A DNA stretch of 64,000 bases from the NCBI GenBank assembly GCA_037143235.1, contig JBAWZC010000004.1:1776-65775 (forward strand), read 5' to 3'. Shown one piece after another: positions 18,739 to 29,047 of the stretch. The notes below the pieces were generated by a model. That model worked only from the letters and a program-made list of their open reading frames with translations. It searched no databases and was not told the DNA's origin. How positions within the stretch are numbered: the first letter of the stretch is position 1; the number at the start of each line of letters is the position of its first letter. This DNA is from Candidatus Berkelbacteria bacterium. GTDB taxonomy: Bacteria > Patescibacteriota > UBA1384 > XYA2-FULL-43-10 > 1-14-0-10-43-13. Position numbers and translations under genes: made by a program.

Positions 18739-19946
18739 GGCTCAAAGCCAAATTTGTTTTATTATTTTCTATTTTATTCCTGACTTTTCTAATTTTTTCC
18801 AAGTGTTCGGCAGAAGAATTACCTGTCCCTGAAGACTCTATTGTCCATGTGAATGAGATTGTCGCAAATCCAGTTGGCAACGATAGCGACGCTGAATGGA
18901 TTGAACTATATAATGGCTCCGATGAAGCAGTCGATCTGCAGGGCTGGTCACTTGTCGATACCCTTGGTTCGACACATCAATACTATTTTAATGATTCAGC
19001 CTTGATCGAGGCGCACGGTTTTTTGGTCGTGAATAGTAAGACAAGTGGTATTACTTTAAATAACGATCAGGATAGTATTCGACTGCTCAAACCAGACGAT
19101 ACTGTTGCCTCAGAGTCAGAGATATACACCAATGCGAGGGAAGGCGTTAGCTGGTCGCGCAAAGACGATGGTTCTTGGGCGTGGACGACAACACTGACTC
19201 CCAGCGCCAGCAATATTTTCGACCCAGAGACGCCCATCGTTGTGATCGAAAAAGATGAACCCATCTTGTTGACAATCGCCGAAGCCAGGACTAGACAAGA
19301 CGGTGAAAGTGTCTGGATCAAAGGCAAAGTGACCGTTTTTCCTGGCACTCTTGGCGCACAGTATTTTTACATCGAGGACGAAACAGCTGGCATGCAAATT
19401 TATTCATATTCCAAAGAGTTCCCGCTTCTAGAGATAGGGCAGACCGTAGAAATTAAGGGTGTATTATCCGGAGCCAATTCAGACAGGCGCGTCAAAATTT
19501 CTCAATTATCAGACATAGTCATTGTTACTGTTCCGATAGTGTCGATTGAGCCAAAGCCATTGGAAATCATCGAAGTTAATGAAAAAGTCGAGGGTCAATA
19601 TGTTACTGTTTCTGGTGAAGTTAGTCGTCCCTCGGGAGATACTTTTTATGTCAAAAATGATCAGGCGGAGGTTAAAATTGTTGTAAAAAGTGGTGCAAAT
19701 ATTGACAAACCAAGACTAAAAACTGGCCAATCAATCACAGTTTCGGGAGTCGTTTCTCAATATCAGGACGAGTATAGAATCTTGCCGACTCGCCAAGAAG
19801 ATGTTAGAGTGGTATCTCTGGGGCAAGCCGAATTACCAAAGACTGGGCCCGATGATTCAATTTTATTCTCGATAATTATTTCTGCGCCAATATGGACTTT
19901 GTATCTCATAGTCTCGAAGAGACAAAAAATATTGCTGAGAGCTTAG
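18735..19946 (+). CDS. Secreted lamin-tail-domain (LTD) protein with a C-terminal LPXTG sortase sorting signal
   Basis: Signal peptide, then VNEIVANPVGNDSDAEWIELYN (LTD), then LPKTG followed by a hydrophobic stretch and a KRQK tail. Confidence 0.7.
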   Translation: MRLKAKFVLLFSILFLTFLIFSKCSAEELPVPEDSIVHVNEIVANPVGNDSDAEWIELYNGSDEAVDLQGWSLVDTLGSTHQYYFNDSALIEAHGFLVVNSKTSGITLNNDQDSIRLLKPDDTVASESEIYTNAREGVSWSRKDDGSWAWTTTLTPSASNIFDPETPIVVIEKDEPILLTIAEARTRQDGESVWIKGKVTVFPGTLGAQYFYIEDETAGMQIYSYSKEFPLLEIGQTVEIKGVLSGANSDRRVKISQLSDIVIVTVPIVSIEPKPLEIIEVNEKVEGQYVTVSGEVSRPSGDTFYVKNDQAEVKIVVKSGANIDKPRLKTGQSITVSGVVSQYQDEYRILPTRQEDVRVVSLGQAELPKTGPDDSILFSIIISAPIWTLYLIVSKRQKILLRA

Positions 19947-20311
19947 CTCGAAAAACACCGGCAGGGTCTTGGCTGCTTCTTTTTGGAGACCTTGGCAGTG
20001 GTAAAACAACCTTCACTCAGTATTTCGCGGCAGCGCTCGGAGTGAAGCGAAATATTACTAGCCCAACCTTCGTGATCGCGAAGAATTATCCAGTGGATCA
20101 GGATAAAAAATTTGTTCATATCGACGCTTACAGACTGAATGGAGAGTTGGACGCAGAATCGATCGGTCTCTCTGAACTCAAAAAAGACCCTAGTGCCTAT
20201 GTTGTTGTTGAATGGCCAGAAAAAATTCTCAGCTCTTTGCCAGTAAACGCGATTACCCTTAGGTTTGAGTATGTCTCCGAAAATGAGCGTAAAATTAGTA
20301 TTTTGTCATAA
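19892..20311 (+). CDS. tsaE: tRNA threonylcarbamoyladenosine biosynthesis protein TsaE
   Basis: LFGDLGSGKTTF P-loop and a SLEETKNIAESLARK N-terminus. Overlaps the LTD gene by 55 nt. Confidence 0.8.
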   Translation: MDFVSHSLEETKNIAESLARKTPAGSWLLLFGDLGSGKTTFTQYFAAALGVKRNITSPTFVIAKNYPVDQDKKFVHIDAYRLNGELDAESIGLSELKKDPSAYVVVEWPEKILSSLPVNAITLRFEYVSENERKISILS

Positions 20312-20709
20312 TGAAATTATTTATCAATACAACAACTGAGAACAATTTCGTCGCCTTGTATGATCATGAAGGCCAGCTAATTTTGTCATTACCATTGCCT
20401 TCGGCCAATAGTCAAACACAGGAATTGCTCGGGACGATTGAGAAAATCTTGCTGCAGTGCGGTTCGTCGAAAAAAGAATTAAAACATATATTCGTGAATA
20501 CTGAGGCTGTCTCGTATACTGGTGTTCGGGTCGGCGTCACCACGGCCAACACTTTAGCAATGTCATTGGATATTCCAATTTCGTCACTTTGTGATGAAGT
20601 GGCCCCAGATCGGATTACGCAAGTAGTCTCTGGGGATAACTTTATTGCTCCTGTGCCTATAACATACAAAAATCTCCCCAAGATTACTCAGTCCAAGACT
20701 AGAATTTAG
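20311..20709 (+). CDS. tsaB: tRNA threonylcarbamoyladenosine biosynthesis protein TsaB (short YeaZ-like form)
   Basis: 132 aa resembling the N-terminal ASKHA half of TsaB, directly downstream of tsaE. Confidence 0.6.
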   Translation: MKLFINTTTENNFVALYDHEGQLILSLPLPSANSQTQELLGTIEKILLQCGSSKKELKHIFVNTEAVSYTGVRVGVTTANTLAMSLDIPISSLCDEVAPDRITQVVSGDNFIAPVPITYKNLPKITQSKTRI

Positions 20710-20751
20710 CTCGAATATTGCATATAATAGACTAGATTAATCGGAAAAAAT

Positions 20752-22107
20752 ATGTCATTTTTATTTAAAAAAAAAGAACTTACAACCATGGACACTAACA
20801 AAGAAAAAAAATTACCATTTTGGAAAAGAAAAGGTTGGAAGATCTTTTTTGTTATTTTTGGATCAGTTTTGCTACTGGCCGCTGCAGCAATATCGTATGT
20901 GGTGATCACTGGTTCGAATGTTTTCATTAAAAATCTTTCCGCCAGTTCACCTTTTTTCAAAGGTGCCGTTAGTGCCGACCAGTTAAATGGCGAGGGGGAT
21001 GGACGCATCAATATTTTAGTAACTGGCATGGGCGGAACTACCCATCCTGGGGGCAACCTGACTGATTCAATCATGGTTGTTAGCATCAGTCCAAAGGACA
21101 AAACAGTGGCTATGTTGTCGATTCCGCGTGATTTGTATGTGCCCGTCGCTGGTCACAATTACTCGCGAAAGATCAACGAGGCATATGGTATTGGTGAGAG
21201 CGACAAAAAGGGTACCGGCGCCAATGTGATGAAAAAAACAGTTGGTACCGTTCTTGACTTACCGATTCATTATTTCATCAGTATCGACTTTTTGGGTTTC
21301 AAGAAAATCGTTGACGAATTGGGCGGACTCGACATCAATGTTGAAAAAACTTTGTCAGACCCATATTACCCTGATGACAAAATGCAGGGTTATGCTCCAA
21401 TTTACATCAAGGCCGGCTTGCAGCACATGACTGGTGATACAGCCCTGAAATACGCTCGCAGTCGAGAAACTTCTTCTGATTTTGATCGTGCTTCCAGGCA
21501 GCAAGTCGTCTTGAAGGGGATGAAAGATAAGGCTAGCAAAATTGGCTTTCTGACCAATCCAAAGAAGATATTCGATATCGTCACGATAGTTGGCGATCAT
21601 TTCCGCACTGATATGACGCCAGCAGAGATAAAATCATTGCTTGGTATCTTGAAAGATGCTGATACTAGCAAATTTGTATCGAAGGTTCTAACTGATGATT
21701 CGACAGGACCACTCTTCTCTGACAGTTCGTTTGGAACTTATTATTTGAAGCCAAGAGGCGGTAATTTTGTCGGTGTCCAGCGTATTGCTCACGAGATCTT
21801 TACAGATCCATACCTGCAGCAAGAACATTCGAAGATCCAAATTATGAATGCTTCAGGTAAGTCAGGCCAAGCAGCAGAACTTGCGAAAACTTTGAAAAGT
21901 TATGGTTACGACATAATTTCTACTGAGACTGCCACACAAAAGATGCAGAAAACCACTATTTATGATTATACTAACAATCAGAAGCCGTATACCCTAAATT
22001 TTCTGAAAAAGAGATTGTCTGCTCCAGTGGAGGTCAAGGCTAAACCAACCGATTCAAATTACGATATTTCAATTGTTCTGGGTGCAGATTTCAACGGAAT
22101 GGAGTAA
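20752..22107 (+). CDS. LytR-CpsA-Psr (LCP) family cell-wall glycopolymer transferase with a C-terminal LytR_C domain
   Basis: N-terminal TM helix, then RINILVTGMGG, DSIMVVSISP and SIPRDLYV, the LCP hallmark. Confidence 0.85.
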   Translation: MSFLFKKKELTTMDTNKEKKLPFWKRKGWKIFFVIFGSVLLLAAAAISYVVITGSNVFIKNLSASSPFFKGAVSADQLNGEGDGRINILVTGMGGTTHPGGNLTDSIMVVSISPKDKTVAMLSIPRDLYVPVAGHNYSRKINEAYGIGESDKKGTGANVMKKTVGTVLDLPIHYFISIDFLGFKKIVDELGGLDINVEKTLSDPYYPDDKMQGYAPIYIKAGLQHMTGDTALKYARSRETSSDFDRASRQQVVLKGMKDKASKIGFLTNPKKIFDIVTIVGDHFRTDMTPAEIKSLLGILKDADTSKFVSKVLTDDSTGPLFSDSSFGTYYLKPRGGNFVGVQRIAHEIFTDPYLQQEHSKIQIMNASGKSGQAAELAKTLKSYGYDIISTETATQKMQKTTIYDYTNNQKPYTLNFLKKRLSAPVEVKAKPTDSNYDISIVLGADFNGME

Positions 22108-22674
22108 ATGGCATTTTTGTACAACAAGAGAATTCGACAGTTTGTGCTTTTCGTTATCCTAGCATGGGGGACTTGGTCGTTTTTTGTCGTCAATCAGATG
22201 CCACTGGCAAAGGTTCTGGTTTTGTTGTTAGCCTTCATCTCCTTCATCTTTATCATTTTTGAGATTAGTCCGATCTTTATCCTGATTTCGCTGTCATTTA
22301 TGACGGCCTACTCGCTATACAGTTTCTTGCTCCAGCTCGGTTTACCTTTGTGGGTTCTGATGATCGCGATTTTCGTCTTGTTCGGCTTTCTCTTTACTTA
22401 CACTGAGCAAAAGATCGGAATATTGGGCAACAAGCGTCTGATCTATTTGGTTTTGTTTAGCCTGATTATTTTAGAGGTCTTTTTGATCTTGAGTTACTTT
22501 TTGATCAATCCCTTGAGCCAGAGCCTGATCATTGCCGCAATTTCATACTTATTTATCGGTTTTTGCTATACTGTATTGGCAAGACACGAGGACAATTCTT
22601 TCGGTACTTATATTTTCTACACTTTACTGGTAATATTCTTGGTGTTGGTATCATTTGGTTGGCAATCGGTTTGA
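22108..22674 (+). CDS. Hypothetical polytopic membrane protein
   Basis: 188 aa with five or six TM helices. Confidence 0.45.
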   Translation: MAFLYNKRIRQFVLFVILAWGTWSFFVVNQMPLAKVLVLLLAFISFIFIIFEISPIFILISLSFMTAYSLYSFLLQLGLPLWVLMIAIFVLFGFLFTYTEQKIGILGNKRLIYLVLFSLIILEVFLILSYFLINPLSQSLIIAAISYLFIGFCYTVLARHEDNSFGTYIFYTLLVIFLVLVSFGWQSV

Positions 22675-22698
22675 GAAACAAATAACAGAAAGACTTAT

Positions 22699-23739
22699 AT
22701 GAAAATGGAAGAGGTCAGAGAAAAACTTGTCAATTGTTGCAAGGGCTGTATGTCGTCCTGTCGAAAGTTTAAATTGGATAAATGTTGCTCGGCTTGTTCG
22801 AGTGTTTACGACAAGATCAAGGCTAACAAGGTGATTACGATGACTTTTTGGGCGGTGATTTTCATCGTTTCCTTTGCCCAAATTGCTCTCGTTACTTCGC
22901 TTTATGGTTTACACCTTGAGAAAAGTAATGCCAAGGTCGTTCGGCCAACTGTTCGAGTGATGGCCAAGATTATTCCGCTGCCAAAGGCTTTTGTCACTTT
23001 TGACACGGTTAGTTACAGTCGTTATATTTTTGAAAAAGACTATACTGATCATTTTATGACAGCGACAAATCAGCCTTCTCCCGGCGATGCTGTCATTGAG
23101 AATGAGATTGTGACAATGTTAGTCGAAAACAAGATTCTTGATTGGCAAGCGGTTTTCCATGGCGTCAAAGTCACAAAAGGTGATGTCAATTCAGCATTGG
23201 ACACCATTATCGCTCAGAGCGGTGGGCAGGAAAAAGTTGAGTCTGCACTGAAGGATTATTACGGGTTGTCATTGAAAGACTTCCGAGTTTTGGTCTATGA
23301 CCAACTGCTACGACAGAAGGTTGACGAAAAAGTTATCGCCAAGGTCACCGTCAGACACATCTTGATTACTGTCGATGCTGCGGCCACTGACGAACAGGTT
23401 GCGGCTGCCAAAGCCAAGATCGAGGGCTATCTTGCTGAGATCAACAACGGACTAGATTTTTCTGAGGCTGCAACTAAATATTCTGAAGATACTGGCAGTG
23501 CTACCAACGGTGGATCTCTTCCTGCTTTTGCCAACGGTGAGATGGTTCAAGAGTTTTCTGACGCTGCCTTTGGCGCTTCGGTTGGTTCGATCGTCGGTCC
23601 AGTTCGTAGCGAGTTTGGCTTCCATCTGATCAAGGTTGATGCTAAGTCCGGCACTATCAACAAGCAGTTTAGCGACTGGTTGGCTGGACTGAAGAAAAAT
23701 AATATTATCACACCGTCAATTTCCGACACTCAGGTTTAA
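22699..23739 (+). CDS. PpiC-type (parvulin) peptidyl-prolyl isomerase, PrsA/SurA-like. N-terminal Cys-rich 46 aa precede a TM helix; the start may be the internal Met at 22837.
   Basis: VRHILITVDAAA, ATNGGSLPAFANGEMVQEFSDAAF and GPVRSEFGFHLIKV. Confidence 0.75.
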   Translation: MKMEEVREKLVNCCKGCMSSCRKFKLDKCCSACSSVYDKIKANKVITMTFWAVIFIVSFAQIALVTSLYGLHLEKSNAKVVRPTVRVMAKIIPLPKAFVTFDTVSYSRYIFEKDYTDHFMTATNQPSPGDAVIENEIVTMLVENKILDWQAVFHGVKVTKGDVNSALDTIIAQSGGQEKVESALKDYYGLSLKDFRVLVYDQLLRQKVDEKVIAKVTVRHILITVDAAATDEQVAAAKAKIEGYLAEINNGLDFSEAATKYSEDTGSATNGGSLPAFANGEMVQEFSDAAFGASVGSIVGPVRSEFGFHLIKVDAKSGTINKQFSDWLAGLKKNNIITPSISDTQV

Positions 23740-23758
23740 ACGATTTATTTGACCTATA

Positions 23759-23797
23759 AAAAGACAAGAAGCAGTGATGCTTCTTGTCTTTTTTATT
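23759..23797. terminator. Bidirectional rho-independent terminator between the convergent parvulin and gpmI genes
   Basis: AAGACAAGAAGC-agtgat-GCTTCTTGTCTT followed by TTTTTT. Confidence 0.75.
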
Positions 23798-23842
23798 ATA
23801 GTCAGCCTTGTCGCGTTCTGGTTCTGCAGAATTAGGGAATGA

Positions 23843-25357
23843 CTACTTGAGAATATTTTTTCCTGTCATCGTTTCTGGCTTAGTTATTCCCAGGATTGAC
23901 AGGACAGTTGGCGCGACATCAGCTAGTGTGCCATCCTGTAAATTCAAATTATCTTTGCCGACATAGATGATTGGGACTGGATTGGTGGTGTGGGCAGTGT
24001 GATTTTGACCAGTTTCAGGATCGACCGAAAGTTCAGCATTGCCGTGGTCAGCCGTTACGATTAGATCGTAATTATTTTCTTTTCCGGCTTTAACAATTCT
24101 TTCTAACTCGTGATCTGTTGTCTCAATCGCGGTAATTAATGCCTGATAGTTGCCAGTATGTCCGACCATGTCGGGATTGGCAATATTTATAAAAATAAAA
24201 TCAGTACCTTTCTTCATCGTTGCGATCGTTTCGCCCGCAATTGCTTCTGCTCTCATCTCTGGTGCCAAATCATGAGTTTCGATATCCTTGCGGCTGTCGA
24301 CCAAGATATGGCTTTCGTTTTTGTGCGGCTCTTGTTGGCCGCGATTCAAATAATAAGTGGCATGGGCAAACTTTTCAGTCTCGGCGATATGTACCTGAGA
24401 CATTCCGGCCTTCGATATTTCAGCAGCCAGCGAAGTCTCGATAGCTTCGGGCGGAAAAGCGACCAAGCAATCAAAGTCTATATCATACTCTGTCATACTC
24501 ACCACGCAGACATTGTGGGTTAATTTCTTTTCAATAAATCGTTGGGTCATCATCCTAGCACGGTCTTTGCGAAAATTGAAGAAAATAACGCCGTCATTTT
24601 CGCAAATCTGATAGTTCTTGCCGTCTTGATCTAGAAAAACTATTGGCTCGATATGTTCGTCGAGAATGCCTCTCTGGTGCATTTCCTCGATTAATTGTGA
24701 GGGTTTGATATTGTTCTGGACATTGCCAATGCCAGCAAAGATAGCATCTTCGGCTTTTTTCACCCTGTTCCAGTTTGCATCTCGATCCATGGCGTAGAAA
24801 CGCCCCGAAGCAGTGGCGATGAAACCAACGCCGACATCTTCCAGCACGGCCTCAAGCTCTTTGATATATTGATTGGCGCTTTGTGGTGCAGTATCTCGCC
24901 CGTCAGTAAAAACGTGAATAGCAATTTTTTCAATCCCTGAATCCTTGGCAGCTCTCATTAACGCAAACAAGTGATCACTGTGACTGTGAACACCGCCATG
25001 ACCAATCAAACCACTGAGGTGGAGTGTTGAGTCATATTTTCTGATATGGTTGAAGATTTCATTGAAAGCCGCGTTGTGTTTGAAATTTCCCTCTCTGGCC
25101 GCCTTGGAGATCTTCACAAAATCAGTGTAGACGGCTTTACCAGCTCCGATGATCGTATGACCGACCTCGCTGTTACCCATTTGCCCCTCTGGTAGCCCTA
25201 CGGCTTCGCCGCTAGCCTCCAAAAGTGCATGTGGACAAGTTGACCATAGCTGGTCGAAAAAGGGCGTCTTGGCCTCCATAATGGCATTCTTGGCTGTTTT
25301 CTCACTATAACCCCAGCCATCAAGGACGATAAGTACAACTTTTTTGTTATTTTCCAT
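23843..25357 (-). CDS. gpmI: 2,3-bisphosphoglycerate-independent phosphoglycerate mutase
   Basis: MENNKKVVLIVLDGWGYS and a 504-aa iPGM architecture. Confidence 0.95.
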   Translation of the reverse strand: MENNKKVVLIVLDGWGYSEKTAKNAIMEAKTPFFDQLWSTCPHALLEASGEAVGLPEGQMGNSEVGHTIIGAGKAVYTDFVKISKAAREGNFKHNAAFNEIFNHIRKYDSTLHLSGLIGHGGVHSHSDHLFALMRAAKDSGIEKIAIHVFTDGRDTAPQSANQYIKELEAVLEDVGVGFIATASGRFYAMDRDANWNRVKKAEDAIFAGIGNVQNNIKPSQLIEEMHQRGILDEHIEPIVFLDQDGKNYQICENDGVIFFNFRKDRARMMTQRFIEKKLTHNVCVVSMTEYDIDFDCLVAFPPEAIETSLAAEISKAGMSQVHIAETEKFAHATYYLNRGQQEPHKNESHILVDSRKDIETHDLAPEMRAEAIAGETIATMKKGTDFIFINIANPDMVGHTGNYQALITAIETTDHELERIVKAGKENNYDLIVTADHGNAELSVDPETGQNHTAHTTNPVPIIYVGKDNLNLQDGTLADVAPTVLSILGITKPETMTGKNILK

Positions 25358-25429
25358 CTTGTTTCCTTGCTATTCAAACTCAAAGTAGCACCCTGAAGCA
25401 AAGATCTTCAAGGTGCTATATTTGAGTAA

Positions 25430-26740
<1,311 letters not shown>

Positions 26741-26889
26741 CTATCTCAATCTACCATTTCTTTCGCAAAAAATCACCCCCCAGCGGCGATGAATCTTTCG
26801 TCGTTTTTTGCTCTGTTTCTCAACGATCGACGATATATGGAGTAAAGTCGACTTCATTGATAATGAGCGTGTTTTTTGTTAGTATGCGG

Positions 26890-27138
26890 GTACGTTGACT
26901 AGAGTTAGCGCTAGTACTGAATTGTGTGAAAGCGAGTAATTCTCCTGTGCGATAAAAAGCCTGCTGGTAATCCAGGTTCGAGAATCGTGGAAGCACAATT
27001 ACAGATGCGCCCTTGCCGGATTCCGGTGAGGTAAGGAAAGAGATTTCCTGAGGGTTTCTTTTTCCCCACAGAGCCTGCGAACGCAAGTAGTCGACGTACA
27101 CCTGAGGGTACACAGATCAAATTGCGATTTGTGTACCC
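26890..27138 (+). ncRNA. Candidate retron msr/msd non-coding RNA region upstream of the RT. Speculative.
   Basis: 13-bp inverted repeats GTACGTTGACTAG (26890-26902) and GTAGTCGACGTAC (27087-27099) match at 11 of 13 positions and sit about 185 nt apart. A second 9-bp inverted repeat GGGTACACA/TGTGTACCC lies at 27106-27138, just before the RT start. The region is GC-elevated like the RT. Confidence 0.25.
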
Positions 27139-27164
27139 TTGATCTCTTTTAAGGAGGCATGACA

Positions 27165-28145
27165 ATGCCATTACTCAGAACCAAGGAGTATAAAGCGGCA
27201 CTGAGTTTGGCTCGTCACCTCAATCTCAGTGTCCCCGACCTCATGGCCGTTTTGAAATCAGAGAACGGCAGTTACGACTTCTATCATTCTTGGCAGGAAG
27301 CCAAGAAGAGTGGTGGGTTCAGGACTTATCATAGTCCACTTGAGCCACTCCGAACATTTCAGCAGATAATCAGGGAGAGAGTATTATCTCGTCTTCCGGT
27401 GTCTGCCATAGCTCATGGCTATGCTAAAGGCAAGAGCATCGTCACAAATGCCGATGCTCACATCAAGAGTAGATCTTTGTTTGCTCTTGATCTGTCGGAT
27501 GCGTTTGGCTCGACCGCCTTGCGCTACAAGCTGAAACAACAGCAAAAAACGAAGAGTTGCTTAAGTTTAGCCGAATTTGGCCTGACCTTGCCGCAATTCG
27601 AAGTAATGCTGAAGTTGGTCGAAGTGCTACCCATGGTTAATAGTGAGATGCAGTGTTTGCCATTCCTCCCACAAGGCGGAATTACCTCTCCTGACATCTT
27701 CAACTATTGTTGCCACGAGTTGGATCGACGATTGCTTCAATTGGCTAACAACGTTGGAGGAAAGGTGACCAGATATGCTGACAACATCTTTTTCTCAATG
27801 CCGTCTATCCGAGTCGACAATGCGATTCGAAATGCAGTTTATCGGATCGTCCAAGAGTGTGGCTTCAAGCTCAATAGGAAGAAGACTCACCATATTGTGA
27901 ACGGCAATCGCAATGGTGTGCCACTTCGGCTGCTAGGTATCAATATCATCGACGGTGACATGTATTTGCCACCGGAGACGATAGAGAGATACCGAGGATT
28001 GCTTTATCGGGCAGGACTCGAGGCCGACCACGAGACATTTGCTTGGATCAAGGGCGTTGTGATTCAAGTTTATGGGGGTTGGCCGCCACGCCTTGCCGGT
28101 ATTTACCGGAAGGGACTCACGAAAGGAGGTCATTTATCACCATAG
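27165..28145 (+). CDS. Retron-type reverse transcriptase (RNA-directed DNA polymerase) with an unusual YADN in place of the catalytic YADD
   Basis: YDFYHSWQEAKKSGGFRTYHSPLEPLRTFQQII (RT domains 1-2, retron-like), AHGYAKGKSIVTNADAHIKSRSLFALDLSDAFGS (domains 3-4), LPQGGITSPDIFN (domain 5), RYADNIFFS (domain 5-6) and LNRKKTH. AAGGAGG sits 7 nt upstream of ATG 27165. Confidence 0.8.
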   Translation: MPLLRTKEYKAALSLARHLNLSVPDLMAVLKSENGSYDFYHSWQEAKKSGGFRTYHSPLEPLRTFQQIIRERVLSRLPVSAIAHGYAKGKSIVTNADAHIKSRSLFALDLSDAFGSTALRYKLKQQQKTKSCLSLAEFGLTLPQFEVMLKLVEVLPMVNSEMQCLPFLPQGGITSPDIFNYCCHELDRRLLQLANNVGGKVTRYADNIFFSMPSIRVDNAIRNAVYRIVQECGFKLNRKKTHHIVNGNRNGVPLRLLGINIIDGDMYLPPETIERYRGLLYRAGLEADHETFAWIKGVVIQVYGGWPPRLAGIYRKGLTKGGHLSP

Positions 28146-28356
28146 AGACGGTCGGCATTGCTGGCCGTCTCTAACTGTATCAAAAATATGAGATTGAGCG
28201 GTTTGTTAGTGGAGGCAAAAGGACTATGTCAGCTTGAGCTGTTTTTTGATTTTATTGATTTCTTCCTCGAGCCGACTGACATGATTTATCGTGAAAAGTC
28301 TCTCTTGGTCGAGACGAGCTAACACATTGGATATCGGATCAGTTCGACAATATGAT

Positions 28357-28385
28357 GTTGCAAAGCAGTGGCGCGGAGCATATAA
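28357..28385 (+). promoter_or_regulatory. Sigma70-like promoter for the coiled-coil gene pair
   Basis: TTGCAA, a 17-nt spacer, then TATAAT, about 30 nt upstream of ATG 28413. Confidence 0.45.
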
Positions 28386-28412
28386 TATAGGAAATGTAGA
28401 TTTGGGGGCGTT

Positions 28413-28697
28413 ATGGCATTACCGAAAAACGAATTGAAAAAACTTGAAACAGAGATAGCCGCTCTTAGAGCCACTTTCGACAAGACAAGAGAGAAGGTTC
28501 GTAAAACAGGTGGAGACAAGATTCAACTCTGGGCTTTTCGGCTAAATTCAAGAATTCACGAAATCGAGAATAAGATTAATGATTTAAAAGCTGGTAATAT
28601 TAGGGTTAATATTATTAGTCCAGAAGACGAAGAAATTGAGAAAAAGATAGCTCAGATCGAGACAAGACTGGGCATAGAAAAAGATAAGTATTTATAG
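28413..28697 (+). CDS. Small coiled-coil protein, hypothetical
   Basis: 94 aa, heptad-rich (LKKLETEIAALRATFDKTREKV, IENKINDLKAG), with no TM helix. Confidence 0.45.
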   Translation: MALPKNELKKLETEIAALRATFDKTREKVRKTGGDKIQLWAFRLNSRIHEIENKINDLKAGNIRVNIISPEDEEIEKKIAQIETRLGIEKDKYL

Positions 28698-28705
28698 GAG
28701 AAATT

Positions 28706-28978
28706 ATGGCCAGAATAACATTAGACGATCTTGCTGCGTCGATTCAAAATGAGTTTAGTTCTTTGCACGATCAAATCGATGGTCTGGAACAAAAAGTGGG
28801 CGGACTAGAAGCCGGGGTCTCTAGTCTGGGGCAAAAAGTAGCTAATCTTGAACAAGGCCAGGAGCGCATCTTTTTGCGATTAGATCATCTGGCACCACAT
28901 TTCGAAGTCAAAGATCTTGGTGAAAGGGTGAAAACTTTGGAGATTGATGTTAAGATATTGAATTCTGCAAGTCATTAG
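28706..28978 (+). CDS. Small coiled-coil protein, hypothetical
   Basis: 90 aa (LHDQIDGLEQKVGGLEAGVSSLGQKVANLEQGQ), 9 nt after the previous ORF. Confidence 0.45.
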   Translation: MARITLDDLAASIQNEFSSLHDQIDGLEQKVGGLEAGVSSLGQKVANLEQGQERIFLRLDHLAPHFEVKDLGERVKTLEIDVKILNSASH

Positions 28979-29047
28979 AAATAATATTCGGTAGACGGAG
29001 TAGGTTTGAACTTGTTGTTTTCTTGGTTGTAAATTTTAATCCGATCA

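Noticed and set aside
26820-27171. Two overlapping minus-strand ORFs (97 and 86 aa) between eno and the RT
   Set aside because: They lie in the GC-shifted, inverted-repeat-bounded stretch that is better explained as the retron ncRNA region. No motifs. Left as possible but unsupported.
28147-28176. Hairpin AGAGACGG ... CCGTCTCT right after the RT stop, considered as a terminator
   Set aside because: There is no U-tract. A more convincing terminator (CAGCTTGAGCTG followed by TTTTTT) lies at about 28227-28250. It may still be an RNA processing or structural element.
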